Counted from the first letter of the stretch, positions 9,701 through 18,374 are shown. The stretch is DNA of 26,948 nt from a virus (IMGVR_UViG_3300020446_000063:1-26948), one strand, 5' to 3'. Notes: generated by a model not told the origin, from the sequence alone. A program made the numbers and translations.

Positions 9701-12700
9701 TCAGCAAGAGAAAAATTTTCAGACTACACAGAAATATTAAATAATTTAAAAGAAGACCCAGAGAATAACCTTTTTGGCGAAGCTCTTGTTGAACGTGCTA
9801 AAGCACAATATGGTGAAGAAGGTGGGGACATGAGTATATTTTTTACAACCACTAACCCTCAAGGCATTGTTGGAAAACTAACTGAAATACAAAAACTTAA
9901 CAAGAAACTTAATGACCCTAAGTTATCTGAAAAAGAGGTAGCAGCATTAGAACAAGCTATAAATACTTACAATAGAGAAATTAACCAAACATTAGGTAAA
10001 GATGATTCTAGAGTACAACAAGGGGGTCGAGATGAGTCTGTAGCTATGAGAGAGTCTACTGCTAGAGCTGGAGATCTTAGAGTAGAAGGGCCTACCGGAG
10101 TAGTGCCCGAAATGACTACGCAAATATTTGATGATAATGGTGAGTTAATAGTATTACCACAACAACCAGCACAAGAAGGGACTTTACCTGTTACTGAGTA
10201 TGAGATTGGTCAAAAAAGAGATGAATTCATTCAGACTCAAGAAAGAGTGCAAACTGATTCCGGTAATGTACCCTTAAATTTAAGAGAAGCCGAACAGCAA
10301 CGTGCGGAAAGAAACTTAGAAAGAGTTAGAGCAGAAGACACTACCCCTACTGCAACTGAAGCCGCACCTGAAATAGATTTATTTGAAGGCACTCCAACTT
10401 TTAATCCTGCTGGTGTCGAGGTTAATCTTAATAATGTAGAAGCTGGAGTAGAGGCAAGCCCAGATGCTGCAGCTATATTTGATTTACAAGAAGGCGACAG
10501 AAAATTTACTGGAGAGAGTTTTATAGGTGAAATGAATAGAAAGTTAAAAGATTTATTTAAAGTTACCAGTAAAACTTTTGTAGTAACAGCTGAAGACTCA
10601 GTTAATTTAAATCTTAAAAATCCGGACGGTAGTGAGATGCAAACTATGAATAGTGATGGTGAATCTCGTACCGTAGCAGAAGCAGTAAAACAAATGCAAC
10701 AACGAATGATTGAAAGGAATCTTCCCGGTATGTCCATGCGTTTTGCTGGAGGGCAAGTAAATGTAGTTATCGTAAACCCTCAAGCACTGCGAGGGACTAA
10801 TAAAACAGCTAATGATATTGCCACTACTTATGTACTAGGGCATGAGTTAGGTCACGTAATATTTAAAGAAGAAATGACTAGACTTGGACTAGATGCTTTT
10901 GGTCAAAGAACAGATAAGAAAGTAAATAAAGCAAATGAGAGAACAGGTCAAATTTTATTTAAAGAATTTAAAAAAGTAGAAGATCAATATGCAACTCGAG
11001 GATTTCCTTTTGAAGAATGGTACGCTGACAGAATGTCGCAGTTTTTATTGGAAGAGGGTGCGGGGACGGTTACTACTATGGAACCTTCTACACCTATGGC
11101 TCCTAGCGCTTTTAAATACTTCCAAACTCTTGCTAAGAAAATAAAACAACTTTGGCAAAGTTTTGATAAAAGAATTAGAGCAAGGTATGGAGAAGTAAAC
11201 CCAGTCTTTACTGATTATGCAAATGGTGTTGTAGAAGCATATAGGAACGGTTTAACACGTGACAATATTACTGCAAGTGTAACGGAACAAGAGGATATAA
11301 AAAATTGGGTAGACAGTACTTCTCAGATGATTGGTAAAATGGTGGGTAAAAAGAATGCTACGCGTTTTAATGCACTAGCTAAAAAAATATTAAGAAGCGA
11401 GTTTGCAAAAGATGTACGTGGTTTTTTTACTTACATATTAGCTCCTGCAGACAACTACTTACGTTTAGTAAACCCTGAATTGGCTAAAGCTTTGTATTCT
11501 AGGTCACAAACTACAGAAACCACTGGATTTTTTAATTACCACCCTGTTGTACAGTACAGATACACCAATGATTTTTATAAGATTTTTAATATTGAGAAAG
11601 ATCCGACTACAGCTGATTTAGAAAGAATTGATAGCGTCTTAGAGGGTGCAGAACAACTTGCAGCTTTACCTCAAGAAGAAAGAGCTGCAGCAGCTGACAA
11701 CCTTACTGTATTAGATAAAGATGGTAATTCTATTCAAGTAGATGGTGCAGAAGCATTAGAAGTTCTTAAGTTTTTTGATACTTTTTATGATGACTACATC
11801 TTAAAAAATGAGTTAGATCCTGAAAACCCAACAGTTCTAAAAAACATGGTGTTCTTTACCAGACAATATGATATAGCTAAGTTAGCTGCAGAGCCCGAAG
11901 CAAGAGAGGCTTTGGCAAGGGTATTACAAAAATATAATCCTGATGATACTTTTGAACAATCTTTGGCTTCTGTAGAAGCTATGGTAGCTAAGGCAGAAAG
12001 TTCTGATGCAATAAGACTCGAAGGTGCAGCTGACCTGTCTATAGGTATGCAAAAAGATAGACAGAAGAAATTTATTAACATAACTAACAATGCTGACTTA
12101 CGTAATATAGAAGGTATTGGAGATTTAATTATCCCTGCGCACCACGCAATAAGAAAATATATTGCTGAAAATGTTAAAAAAGTAGAATTTAAAAATAAAG
12201 TTACTACTACTTTAACTCAAGGTGATTTTGCAAATGGTAGAAATAATTTAGAGAAGTTTGATGTAGGCGAAAGAGTTTCTGGACCGAAAGCGGCTGAGGT
12301 TATGATTAATCGTATTGATAGCCAAAGAGACAGAGGGCGTGCAAGAAAAGCTGTACAAGCCATGTTAGGAAAAGCGGGTATGGACATGCCGGGTTGGTTA
12401 AGAACTACTCAAAGTTATTTACTAGCTTTAAATGTTATGACTTACTTAACTTTTGCTACGGTAGCTTCTTTACCAGATTTAGCTGGGCCAGTACTTAGGT
12501 CTAAAGAGATGAGTATTTTTGGTAAAGAATTTAGAACTCAAATAGCTAATTACTTTAATAATAGAAAAGAAATGGAGCAGTTTGCTCGTGATGTAGGTGT
12601 TATTGGTTTTGATTCTATATCTCAGATGTATATTAATGCTGGTGAGTTAGGGTATATGACAGAAGGTACAAAGTATTACACCCAACAATTTTTTAAATAC

Positions 12701-13474
12701 ACAGGACTAGAGTGGTATACAAACTTTACTAGAATATATGCTGCAGGTATGGGTAGACAGTTTTTAATTAAACACGCTAATGATAACTCTGTAAAATCAA
12801 AAGAATACTTAGCTGAATTAGGAGTAACTGCAGAACAGATAAAAGCAGCACAAAAGTCTGGTTGGGACTTTAGTGACCCACAACATAAAACGGTACAAGA
12901 TGCGATAGCTAGATTTACTGAAGAATCAATTGTACGTCCAAATGCTGCAGAAAGACCTGCATGGGCTTCTAACCCGTACACAGCTTTAATATTCCAACTT
13001 AAATCATTCTTCTATGCGTATGGTAAAAATATCGTAGGTGGTGTAATTAGAAATACACAAAGTACATTTAATCGAGAAGGTAAGATATCTGCAGCAGCAA
13101 TGCCAGCTATATTTGCTTCGACTGCACTTTTACCACTAGCGATGATTGGTATGGAACTACGAGAACTTTTAAAATATTTCCTTTCGCCTATATCGAGCGC
13201 TGTAGACTTTAATGATAGGACTGAAGCGTTTAGTTTTGATTCCAGTAAATTTAGAACAAACGATATGGGTTATGGTGAGTGGCTATTAGAAGCTTCTGAC
13301 CGTTCTGGGGTGTTCGGGGCATACACTATGCTGTTCCCTATGTTCGAAGCAGGTAGGTTTGGTGATGAGTTTTATACAAGTTTACTAGGCCCAACAGCAC
13401 AAAGAGTTGAAGATTTAGTAAAAGGTGATGTGCAGACTAAGGACTTTATACCGGGTTTTGCGAGCGTATACTAA
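6770..13474 (+). CDS. Giant internal virion / DNA-ejection protein with zincin-like HExxH motif
   Basis: 2234 aa; N-terminal Gly/Ala-rich hydrophobic segments; HELGH at 10841-10855 with downstream EEWYAD at 11012-11029; C-terminal 'P.WASNPYTALIFQLKSF' resembles the C-terminal region of large podoviral ejection proteins. Confidence 0.72.
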   Translation: MAYRDDETLASLILGNPKDVSSRQKQAVAQAENPNVSELIDTSPQGFGETFAEAVRGGGAQLTADFNRFKGLGNLIIGADEAAQRNLAIAESYDDYSSELLGQIQPFEEFLEEPTFGGFLTQVTKAIGQFTPMAISSVASGFGGAAAGMIGKGGLRLAGKRGVDKLYKAVLDKKAKNEVLTPDENVIFNEGFGYLKWAKRGGITGAFGQEYVVGSSQAASEYQEAGIDLTQAEAAQSFLLGIPQAVLGTASETIFARALLKNALKKSPLVALERKAQTMGTANLSKNEKKMYNLFQKFQKNGAESLTKSQLDVLQKYSGPQKNAFFSTIKDIGKGFVGSGATEGITEVGQEGLGIAQRFAIDDEYSARDAKLRLAEAAFAGFFAGGARGGAGGAATSIISKANNLLSTGLNEQGKNKTVTEIINEIGNLQNTEPKNNNQVQGELNLNKNTILLPGVTEDNYREVYAGIDFGDRDTVLPYRGQGIVLGTKESLQEATNYHVRNMAKASNNQELTIGEQQEYEQAIIKALDSEELVDVVDNPTHMISVKDNDGNVVAQKQVSTTPEELSQAVTELQQKYPNTQVEAFAMEDTRNMIDPNDPDIDAMDDLEADDDTTLDDDPDAPVFRNTSELVDAARKEAERTGEDIDTVLSRLGGQGQGGQFGQQLEEARVTIAPELVARTESEGDTNQTYKFSDPLTYKKTNYEPRPETKEGKNKTADEELARLRQRYLDELGTDQEKTYWGGVEQDVNSPRMKTLSLSLLKAYFEQQPTKPDIAIVTTPSDSGTYSLVTRTNPNIELVSIQSVEKAVLESLFKNKQTGQSQATPGFKIKVTNGNAPTTLGYGDMKFLFANQDVSVNMHTLLFSGLQIFPEINLELNTVRNQLQESGLNPSQAFAQAFAGVVPDILEAYKAQGFEVVVQKDFGKQGSEFVSLDESPLTIYEVPLLYRRSKSEPGAPTQFMSLTGMLEDVDNITSAKKSAREKFSDYTEILNNLKEDPENNLFGEALVERAKAQYGEEGGDMSIFFTTTNPQGIVGKLTEIQKLNKKLNDPKLSEKEVAALEQAINTYNREINQTLGKDDSRVQQGGRDESVAMRESTARAGDLRVEGPTGVVPEMTTQIFDDNGELIVLPQQPAQEGTLPVTEYEIGQKRDEFIQTQERVQTDSGNVPLNLREAEQQRAERNLERVRAEDTTPTATEAAPEIDLFEGTPTFNPAGVEVNLNNVEAGVEASPDAAAIFDLQEGDRKFTGESFIGEMNRKLKDLFKVTSKTFVVTAEDSVNLNLKNPDGSEMQTMNSDGESRTVAEAVKQMQQRMIERNLPGMSMRFAGGQVNVVIVNPQALRGTNKTANDIATTYVLGHELGHVIFKEEMTRLGLDAFGQRTDKKVNKANERTGQILFKEFKKVEDQYATRGFPFEEWYADRMSQFLLEEGAGTVTTMEPSTPMAPSAFKYFQTLAKKIKQLWQSFDKRIRARYGEVNPVFTDYANGVVEAYRNGLTRDNITASVTEQEDIKNWVDSTSQMIGKMVGKKNATRFNALAKKILRSEFAKDVRGFFTYILAPADNYLRLVNPELAKALYSRSQTTETTGFFNYHPVVQYRYTNDFYKIFNIEKDPTTADLERIDSVLEGAEQLAALPQEERAAAADNLTVLDKDGNSIQVDGAEALEVLKFFDTFYDDYILKNELDPENPTVLKNMVFFTRQYDIAKLAAEPEAREALARVLQKYNPDDTFEQSLASVEAMVAKAESSDAIRLEGAADLSIGMQKDRQKKFINITNNADLRNIEGIGDLIIPAHHAIRKYIAENVKKVEFKNKVTTTLTQGDFANGRNNLEKFDVGERVSGPKAAEVMINRIDSQRDRGRARKAVQAMLGKAGMDMPGWLRTTQSYLLALNVMTYLTFATVASLPDLAGPVLRSKEMSIFGKEFRTQIANYFNNRKEMEQFARDVGVIGFDSISQMYINAGELGYMTEGTKYYTQQFFKYTGLEWYTNFTRIYAAGMGRQFLIKHANDNSVKSKEYLAELGVTAEQIKAAQKSGWDFSDPQHKTVQDAIARFTEESIVRPNAAERPAWASNPYTALIFQLKSFFYAYGKNIVGGVIRNTQSTFNREGKISAAAMPAIFASTALLPLAMIGMELRELLKYFLSPISSAVDFNDRTEAFSFDSSKFRTNDMGYGEWLLEASDRSGVFGAYTMLFPMFEAGRFGDEFYTSLLGPTAQRVEDLVKGDVQTKDFIPGFASVY

Positions 13475-13485
13475 TAATATATAAT
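13458..13485 (+). promoter_or_regulatory. Possible sigma70-type promoter in front of the fibre module
   Basis: TTGCGA (13458-13463), 16 nt, TATAAT (13480-13485). The predicted start site would fall at or after the SD (GAGGT 13486-13490), which weakens the call. Confidence 0.25.
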
Positions 13486-13495
13486 GAGGTAAATT

Positions 13496-13870
13496 ATGGC
13501 TTATTCATCAACAATTAAATTAGTAGTAGGTGATACTCTACCTGAGTTGAACTTTACATTAAAAGACAGTAATACTGCAGCTGCTGGCAAAACCTTAGAT
13601 ACAGAGGATAATACTACGTGGGCGGCAATAAATCTTACTGGTAGTACGGTACGTTTTAGAATACGTGAAGTAGGATCTACTTCTGTGTTAAGTACAATTA
13701 CGGCTACGATTACAAGCGCGGCAAACGGGCAGGTTACAGTAGCTTTCCCTAACTCTACTTGGACAACTGCGGGTACTTTTGAAGGTGAAATAGAACACAC
13801 AACCAGTGGTGGTGGTGTGCAAACAGTACAAGATTTAATAAAATTTCAAGTGCGTGATGACTTTGATTAA
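13496..13870 (+). CDS. BppU N-terminal-like Ig-fold structural protein
   Basis: 'VGDTLP.L.FTLKD', 'INLTG.TV.F..R', 'A.NG.V...F', 'AGTF.GEIE.T...G..QT' pattern; SD GAGGT at 13486-13490. Confidence 0.68.
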   Translation: MAYSSTIKLVVGDTLPELNFTLKDSNTAAAGKTLDTEDNTTWAAINLTGSTVRFRIREVGSTSVLSTITATITSAANGQVTVAFPNSTWTTAGTFEGEIEHTTSGGGVQTVQDLIKFQVRDDFD

Positions 13871-14760
13871 TGGCATTACGAGCAACACTATCTTATTCTG
13901 AGTTACGCGCTGTTGTAGATACTGACTCGTTAGAGCAAGTTACAGTATTTTCTAATATAAAAGCACTTACTAATTTTATAAATTTAAATTACGGAATAGA
14001 TTTTGTTAATTTATCAGCTGCTAATATCCTATTAGACGCTGATTCTAAAAATTTATATTTTGCTCCAGGATATCAAGAAGATAAAGCTCTAACTGTAGTT
14101 ATAAGTGAAAACCAAGTTTATAGCTTAGGCAAAGGAGTAGCTGACACAACGACTATGAGTGAAGAAGCAATACTAAACACAAGTAAAGCTTTAACTGATT
14201 CCCCTACGATAAGTGAAGTTTTTTCTAGGCTAGTGGCTTATTCTAGAGATTTTACTGACGCTCCTACTATAACAGAGTCTTTAGGATATCTTTTAGGTAA
14301 AGCGTTAGCTGAAACTCCAACAATTAGTGAAACTCATGCTACAAACGTCGGCAAACCTCTGTCAGATTCGGCTAACATCAGTGAAAACTACGTTAGTGAT
14401 TTCGGTAGAAACCCTTCTGATACTGTAACAATGAGTGAAAACTACGCCGATGTAATAACTTTTGTTCGCGCGTTTGCAGATGGGTATGCTTTAGATGATA
14501 CTGCGAGTGCAAGTGATGATCTAGCTACAGAGTCTGGAGTAAATAAAAACAATATTGTAAATGTTTCAGAGGTTTTAAACTTTATTATTAATTTAGGGCC
14601 AACTGATTCAGCTACGGTATCAGAAGCCTTAGCAATAAGTTTTGACACAACTCCTAGCGATAGTGCTACAATAACCGAGTCTATACAGGTAGCCCTATTA
14701 TTGGGTGCTTCTAGTGTACTTAACGCAAGTCCACTAAACACTTATGTATTGAACAGTTAA
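13870..14760 (+). CDS. Structural protein with about ten 18-20-aa tandem repeats
   Basis: Repeats such as EAILNTSKALTDSPTISE, SLGYLLGKALAETPTISE, THATNVGKPLSDSANISE, NYVSDFGRNPSDTVTMSE, VLNFIINLGPTDSATVSE; TAATG coupling to the upstream gene. Confidence 0.75.
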   Translation: MALRATLSYSELRAVVDTDSLEQVTVFSNIKALTNFINLNYGIDFVNLSAANILLDADSKNLYFAPGYQEDKALTVVISENQVYSLGKGVADTTTMSEEAILNTSKALTDSPTISEVFSRLVAYSRDFTDAPTITESLGYLLGKALAETPTISETHATNVGKPLSDSANISENYVSDFGRNPSDTVTMSENYADVITFVRAFADGYALDDTASASDDLATESGVNKNNIVNVSEVLNFIINLGPTDSATVSEALAISFDTTPSDSATITESIQVALLLGASSVLNASPLNTYVLNS

Positions 14761-14779
14761 ATTTAATTGAGGAATATTC

Positions 14780-15205
14780 ATGATAAATGATGGTTTAAAA
14801 CTTAAGGGTAAATTAGCTATTGCCCTTAACGGTAAAATCATACAAGAAGTTGATAACTTAGTTGTTACTGCCGGTAAAGGCTATGTAGCTTCTCGTATGA
14901 AAGATACTACCGCAACTGCTATGTCACACATGGCTATAGGATCTGGAAGCACTGCTGCTGCCGCAAGCGATACTGCTCTAGGTAACCAACTAGGTAGAGT
15001 TGCATTAACAAGCACAACTGTTTCTAATGCTGTAGTTACTTATGTAGCTTCTTTTCCAGCAGGAACTGCTACTGGTGCCGTAACCGAAGCAGCTATTTTA
15101 AATGCTAGCTCTGGTGGTACTATGCTATGTAGAACAGTTTTTTCAGTTGTAAACAAAGGTGCACAAGACAGTATGACAGTCACTTGGACAGTGACAGTTA
15201 GTTAA
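14780..15205 (+). CDS. Tail/collar fibre-attachment-like structural protein
   Basis: 'NLVVTAGK','MAIGSG.TA....DTAL..Q..R','TEAAI.NA..GGTML.R.VF..VNK' resembles the N-terminal domain of tail-collar fibre proteins; SD GAGG at 14769-14772. Confidence 0.65.
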   Translation: MINDGLKLKGKLAIALNGKIIQEVDNLVVTAGKGYVASRMKDTTATAMSHMAIGSGSTAAAASDTALGNQLGRVALTSTTVSNAVVTYVASFPAGTATGAVTEAAILNASSGGTMLCRTVFSVVNKGAQDSMTVTWTVTVS

Positions 15206-15222
15206 GCTAAGGAGGTTTCACT

Positions 15223-16686
15223 GTGGGAATTGTTTTTAAAAACAATGCCAAAACTACACTATCAAGTGCAGTAAATAACTCCACAACCACTATTCCGGTC
15301 ACGGAAGGTAGCGTATTCCCCGCAGTAAATTTGTCAGGAGCAGGAACTTTTTTCTTGCTAACTCTAGATGACGAAACTAACAATGAAATAGTAAAAGTTA
15401 CTTCTTGTTCAGGGGCCTCAGGTAACATAAATTTAACTGTAATTAGAGCTCAAGAGGGTACTACTGCTAGAGCTTTTGCTTCAGGAGATAAAGCAGAATT
15501 AAGATTTACTTCTGGCACAATTGACGAAATCAGGAGTGACAATACTGTTCATACAAACATTTTTACTACTGCTAACAACTCTACTACAGACTTTACCTTA
15601 AGTGATGAAGTAGCTAACGAAAATGATTTAGTAGTTTTTATTGACGGTGTTTTTCAAGCACACAATAGTTTTTCAGTTTCTGGTACTACTTTAACTTTAG
15701 CCACTGCTCCTGCTTCTGGTAGGGTTGTTACTGCTTATTCTATAAAAGGATCACGTAGTTCTAGTAATGTACTTCTTGCTACTATGACTGGTGACAATAG
15801 TGATACTACTTTGACTTTACCTGTTATGCCTATAAATGAAAACAGTGTGCAGGTATTTTTTGATGGTGTTTATCAGAATAAAGACAGTTTTAGTATTTCG
15901 GGTACTACTTTAACTTTTGGTGTAGCTCCGCCAACCGGGGTAGCAGTTGAAGCCCTTATTTTTACTAAACTTCCAATTAATACAGCTTCTATTTTGAGTG
16001 ATACTGATGCTGATACAAAAGTTCAAGTAGAAGAAAGTTCTGACGAGGATAAGATAAGGTTTGACACCGCAGGAAGTGAGAGGGTTATCATAGACAATGC
16101 AGGAAATGTTGGTATCGGTACTTCAAGTCCAGTAAGACCTTTACACATACATGGTCCTACTTCTGGAGACATAGTTTTTGCAATGACTAATAATTCTACT
16201 GGAGTTACAACATCAGATGGATTTAATATTATCGTTGAAGGGCCAACACCTGATGTTCTTTTAAGGAATCGTGAAAATTCTAATATGAGATTTCTTACTA
16301 ACAATACAGAAAGAGTGAGAATTGATGCTTCTGGTGATTTAAAATTTAACTCAGGATATGGTAGTGTTCATACAGCTTATGGTGTTAGAGCTTGGGCTCA
16401 AATTAATCAAACAACAATGAATCTTAATGGTGCTGGTGGGGTATCTTCAGCAACAGATTTAACAGGTGCAGGACATACCAAAATTAATTTTAGTCCTAAT
16501 CTGGTAGACGATAACTATGTAGTTTTAGGTGCGGCTAGTAATAATAATAATTTTGTAGGTATTGAGGGGAACCCGCCTTCTTCTACACAATACAGTACAT
16601 CTTCTGTAGATGTGCGAATAATTGATGCTTCGAACGTAGGTCAAGAACTTACTAACGGTCTTTTAAACATAGCAGTGATAAGGTGA
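15223..16686 (+). CDS. Tail fibre / receptor-binding protein 1
   Basis: GTG start with strong SD AAGGAGGT (15209-15216); N-terminal 'EIVKVT...LTVIRAQEGTTA' domain, two 'VF.DGV.Q....SGTTLT' domains, 'DTKVQVEESSDEDKIRFDTAG' linker, VGIGT shaft repeat, C-terminal 'FNSGYG...YGVRAW' tip domain. Confidence 0.8.
   Translation: MGIVFKNNAKTTLSSAVNNSTTTIPVTEGSVFPAVNLSGAGTFFLLTLDDETNNEIVKVTSCSGASGNINLTVIRAQEGTTARAFASGDKAELRFTSGTIDEIRSDNTVHTNIFTTANNSTTDFTLSDEVANENDLVVFIDGVFQAHNSFSVSGTTLTLATAPASGRVVTAYSIKGSRSSSNVLLATMTGDNSDTTLTLPVMPINENSVQVFFDGVYQNKDSFSISGTTLTFGVAPPTGVAVEALIFTKLPINTASILSDTDADTKVQVEESSDEDKIRFDTAGSERVIIDNAGNVGIGTSSPVRPLHIHGPTSGDIVFAMTNNSTGVTTSDGFNIIVEGPTPDVLLRNRENSNMRFLTNNTERVRIDASGDLKFNSGYGSVHTAYGVRAWAQINQTTMNLNGAGGVSSATDLTGAGHTKINFSPNLVDDNYVVLGAASNNNNFVGIEGNPPSSTQYSTSSVDVRIIDASNVGQELTNGLLNIAVIR
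16333..16396 (+). repeat. Conserved fibre-tip junction, copy 1 (copy 2 at 17267-17330)
   Basis: 51 of 64 nt identical between copies by manual alignment (GDLKFNSGYGSVHTAYGVRAW vs GDFQFNSGYGSITTVYGVRAW). Confidence 0.85.
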
Positions 16687-16976
16687 TTATGAGAAAATGT
16701 ATTGTTTATAAATATGAAGAAGGGATTGCAATAGTACACCCAAATCCAAACGAGACACATACTATTGAGGAAATTGCAGAGAAAGATGTTCCTTCTGGGT
16801 TGCCTTATAAAATAATAGATTTTAGTGAAATCCCTACTGATCGTACTTTTCGTGACGCTTGGGACATTGATGAAAAATTATTAACAGATGGTGTGGGCGG
16901 TAAACATTCTATGTTTTTAGATGACCCACAACATCCAGATTACAAAGAACCCGAAACAGAAGGTAAAATAGAATAA
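16683..16976 (+). CDS. Fibre-associated small protein (assembly/chaperone-like), paralog 1
   Basis: 'EEIAEKDVP.G.PYKIID..EIP.DRTFRDAW' motif; overlaps the fibre stop (GTGA; alternative ATG at 16689); paralog at 17662-17940. Confidence 0.75.
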   Translation: MIMRKCIVYKYEEGIAIVHPNPNETHTIEEIAEKDVPSGLPYKIIDFSEIPTDRTFRDAWDIDEKLLTDGVGGKHSMFLDDPQHPDYKEPETEGKIE

Positions 16977-17659
16977 TGGCAATTACAAAAGTATCAAGAG
17001 GATTATTAAATACAGGAGTTTCAGACAGTTCTGATGCTACGGCTATTAATATAACCAGCGGAGAAGATGTTGGTATTGGAACTGATAGTCCTGATGTAAA
17101 ACTTGATATAAGAGGAGAAGTTGCAATAGAGTATAATGCAACTTATGGTCTTAGATTCTACAATCAAGCAAGGAATAACTGGGGCTCGATTGGTAATAAC
17201 TCTACAAATACGGGTGCAGACCTAATCTTTAAATCTGGTTCAAGCGGTATGAATCTCTTACACGCAGGAGATTTTCAATTTAATTCAGGATATGGTTCTA
17301 TAACTACTGTTTATGGTGTTAGAGCGTGGGTAAAATTTCAAGGTGACGCAGGCATTGGGGGAGGCGCCTCCGCTAATAGAATAATAGATGGTTCGGGTAA
17401 TGTATCTAGTATTGGTTATATTGCTGCTGGAAGATATCAAATGAACTTTACTAATAATATGCCAGATACTAATTATGCTGTAGCAGCTGCGGCTAAAGGG
17501 GTTACTAACCACAACCCATGTGCTGCAGGTATAGATATAGGTTCTGGTTCTGTAAATGTAGCTTATGTTGAGGTAGCTTATGGACCAACTGGGGGTGCAA
17601 ATAGTCAGAGTCTAAGTAACAATGGCACAGGGGACTATTGTGCCATGGTAGTGAGATAA
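16976..17659 (+). CDS. Short tail fibre / receptor-binding protein 2
   Basis: MAITKV N-terminus, one VGIGT shaft repeat, the same 'FNSGYG...YGVRAW' tip family as fibre 1, 'NF...MPD.NYAV' motif; TAATG coupling. Confidence 0.78.
   Translation: MAITKVSRGLLNTGVSDSSDATAINITSGEDVGIGTDSPDVKLDIRGEVAIEYNATYGLRFYNQARNNWGSIGNNSTNTGADLIFKSGSSGMNLLHAGDFQFNSGYGSITTVYGVRAWVKFQGDAGIGGGASANRIIDGSGNVSSIGYIAAGRYQMNFTNNMPDTNYAVAAAAKGVTNHNPCAAGIDIGSGSVNVAYVEVAYGPTGGANSQSLSNNGTGDYCAMVVR
17267..17330 (+). repeat. Conserved fibre-tip junction, copy 2
   Basis: About 80% nt identity to 16333-16396 by manual alignment. Confidence 0.85.
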
Positions 17660-17661
17660 AA

Positions 17662-17940
17662 ATGGAAGAAAAATTTATAATTTATAAACAAGATAATGGC
17701 GGGGTTATGATTCTCTGGCCCACTGAAGATTGTTTGAAATCTCATACGCTAGAGGAAATCGCAAAAAAAGATGTTCCTGAAGGTAAACCTTACAAGATAA
17801 TTAACAGAGACGAAGTCCCTGAAGACATAACTTTTCGAGATGCTTGGACAGTCGATGAGAAACTATTAACAGATGGGGTTGGCGATAAACATTTTATGTT
17901 TGCAGATGACCCTCTTCACCCAGACAATACGGAGGAATAA
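17662..17940 (+). CDS. Fibre-associated small protein, paralog 2
   Basis: 45 of 61 aa identical to paralog 1 over HT...HPD (17743-17925 vs 16758-16940); ATG at 17662 aligns with the start of paralog 1 better than the track's 17638 start. Confidence 0.75.
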   Translation: MEEKFIIYKQDNGGVMILWPTEDCLKSHTLEEIAKKDVPEGKPYKIINRDEVPEDITFRDAWTVDEKLLTDGVGDKHFMFADDPLHPDNTEE

Positions 17941-17941
17941 A

Positions 17942-18181
17942 GTGATAACTGTAGATATAGAAAAAGCAAAAGAGATAGTAAAAGAAAAATTAAGGTTAGA
18001 TCGAAAACCTTTACTTGAAGCAGAAGATGTTAAGTTTCAAAGAGCATTAGAAACTGGTGCAGATACTACAGATATTGTGGCAGAAAAACAAAGACTAAGA
18101 GATATTACAAATGATGTCGATGCGATGACTACAGAAGCACAACTGAAAGTTAAAATAACGGAGTTAGAAAGTGGAGAATAA
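17942..18181 (+). CDS. Tail fibre assembly chaperone-like protein
   Basis: GTG at 17942 with SD GGAGG at 17931-17935 (the track's 17873 start is likely too long); 'AKEIVKEKLR..RKPLL...DV.F.RALE.G..T..IVAEKQ.LRDIT' is a Tfa-like helical pattern. Confidence 0.7.
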   Translation: MITVDIEKAKEIVKEKLRLDRKPLLEAEDVKFQRALETGADTTDIVAEKQRLRDITNDVDAMTTEAQLKVKITELESGE

Positions 18182-18374
18182 AATTAATCTTGATGGTAAA
18201 GATTACGACTTAGACACGATGTCTGAGGAACAAAAATATCTTGTATCTTTAATACAAGAACAACAAATAAAAATTTCTCAAGCTAGAAAGGACATTGATG
18301 TAGGACATGCTGCTAATAAAGTATTTGTAGATAAATTAAAAGAATCTTTAACAGAGGAAAAACAAGATGGCTAA
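18171..18374 (+). CDS. Small coiled-coil protein (DUF6447-like)
   Basis: 'I.LDGK.YDLD.MSEEQK' followed by a coiled-coil; GTG start with GGAG upstream; common next to fibre genes. Confidence 0.62.
   Translation: MENKINLDGKDYDLDTMSEEQKYLVSLIQEQQIKISQARKDIDVGHAANKVFVDKLKESLTEEKQDG

Noticed and set aside
16333-17330. Diversity-generating retroelement TR/VR pair
   Set aside because: Mismatches between the two copies are not confined to adenines of one copy and many are synonymous; both copies are coding; no reverse transcriptase in the window.
17873-17941. Track start at 17873 or a frameshift fusion between partner paralog 2 and the Tfa-like gene
   Set aside because: A strong SD (GGAGG) with GTG at 17942 explains independent initiation; the extra N-terminal residues look non-coding.
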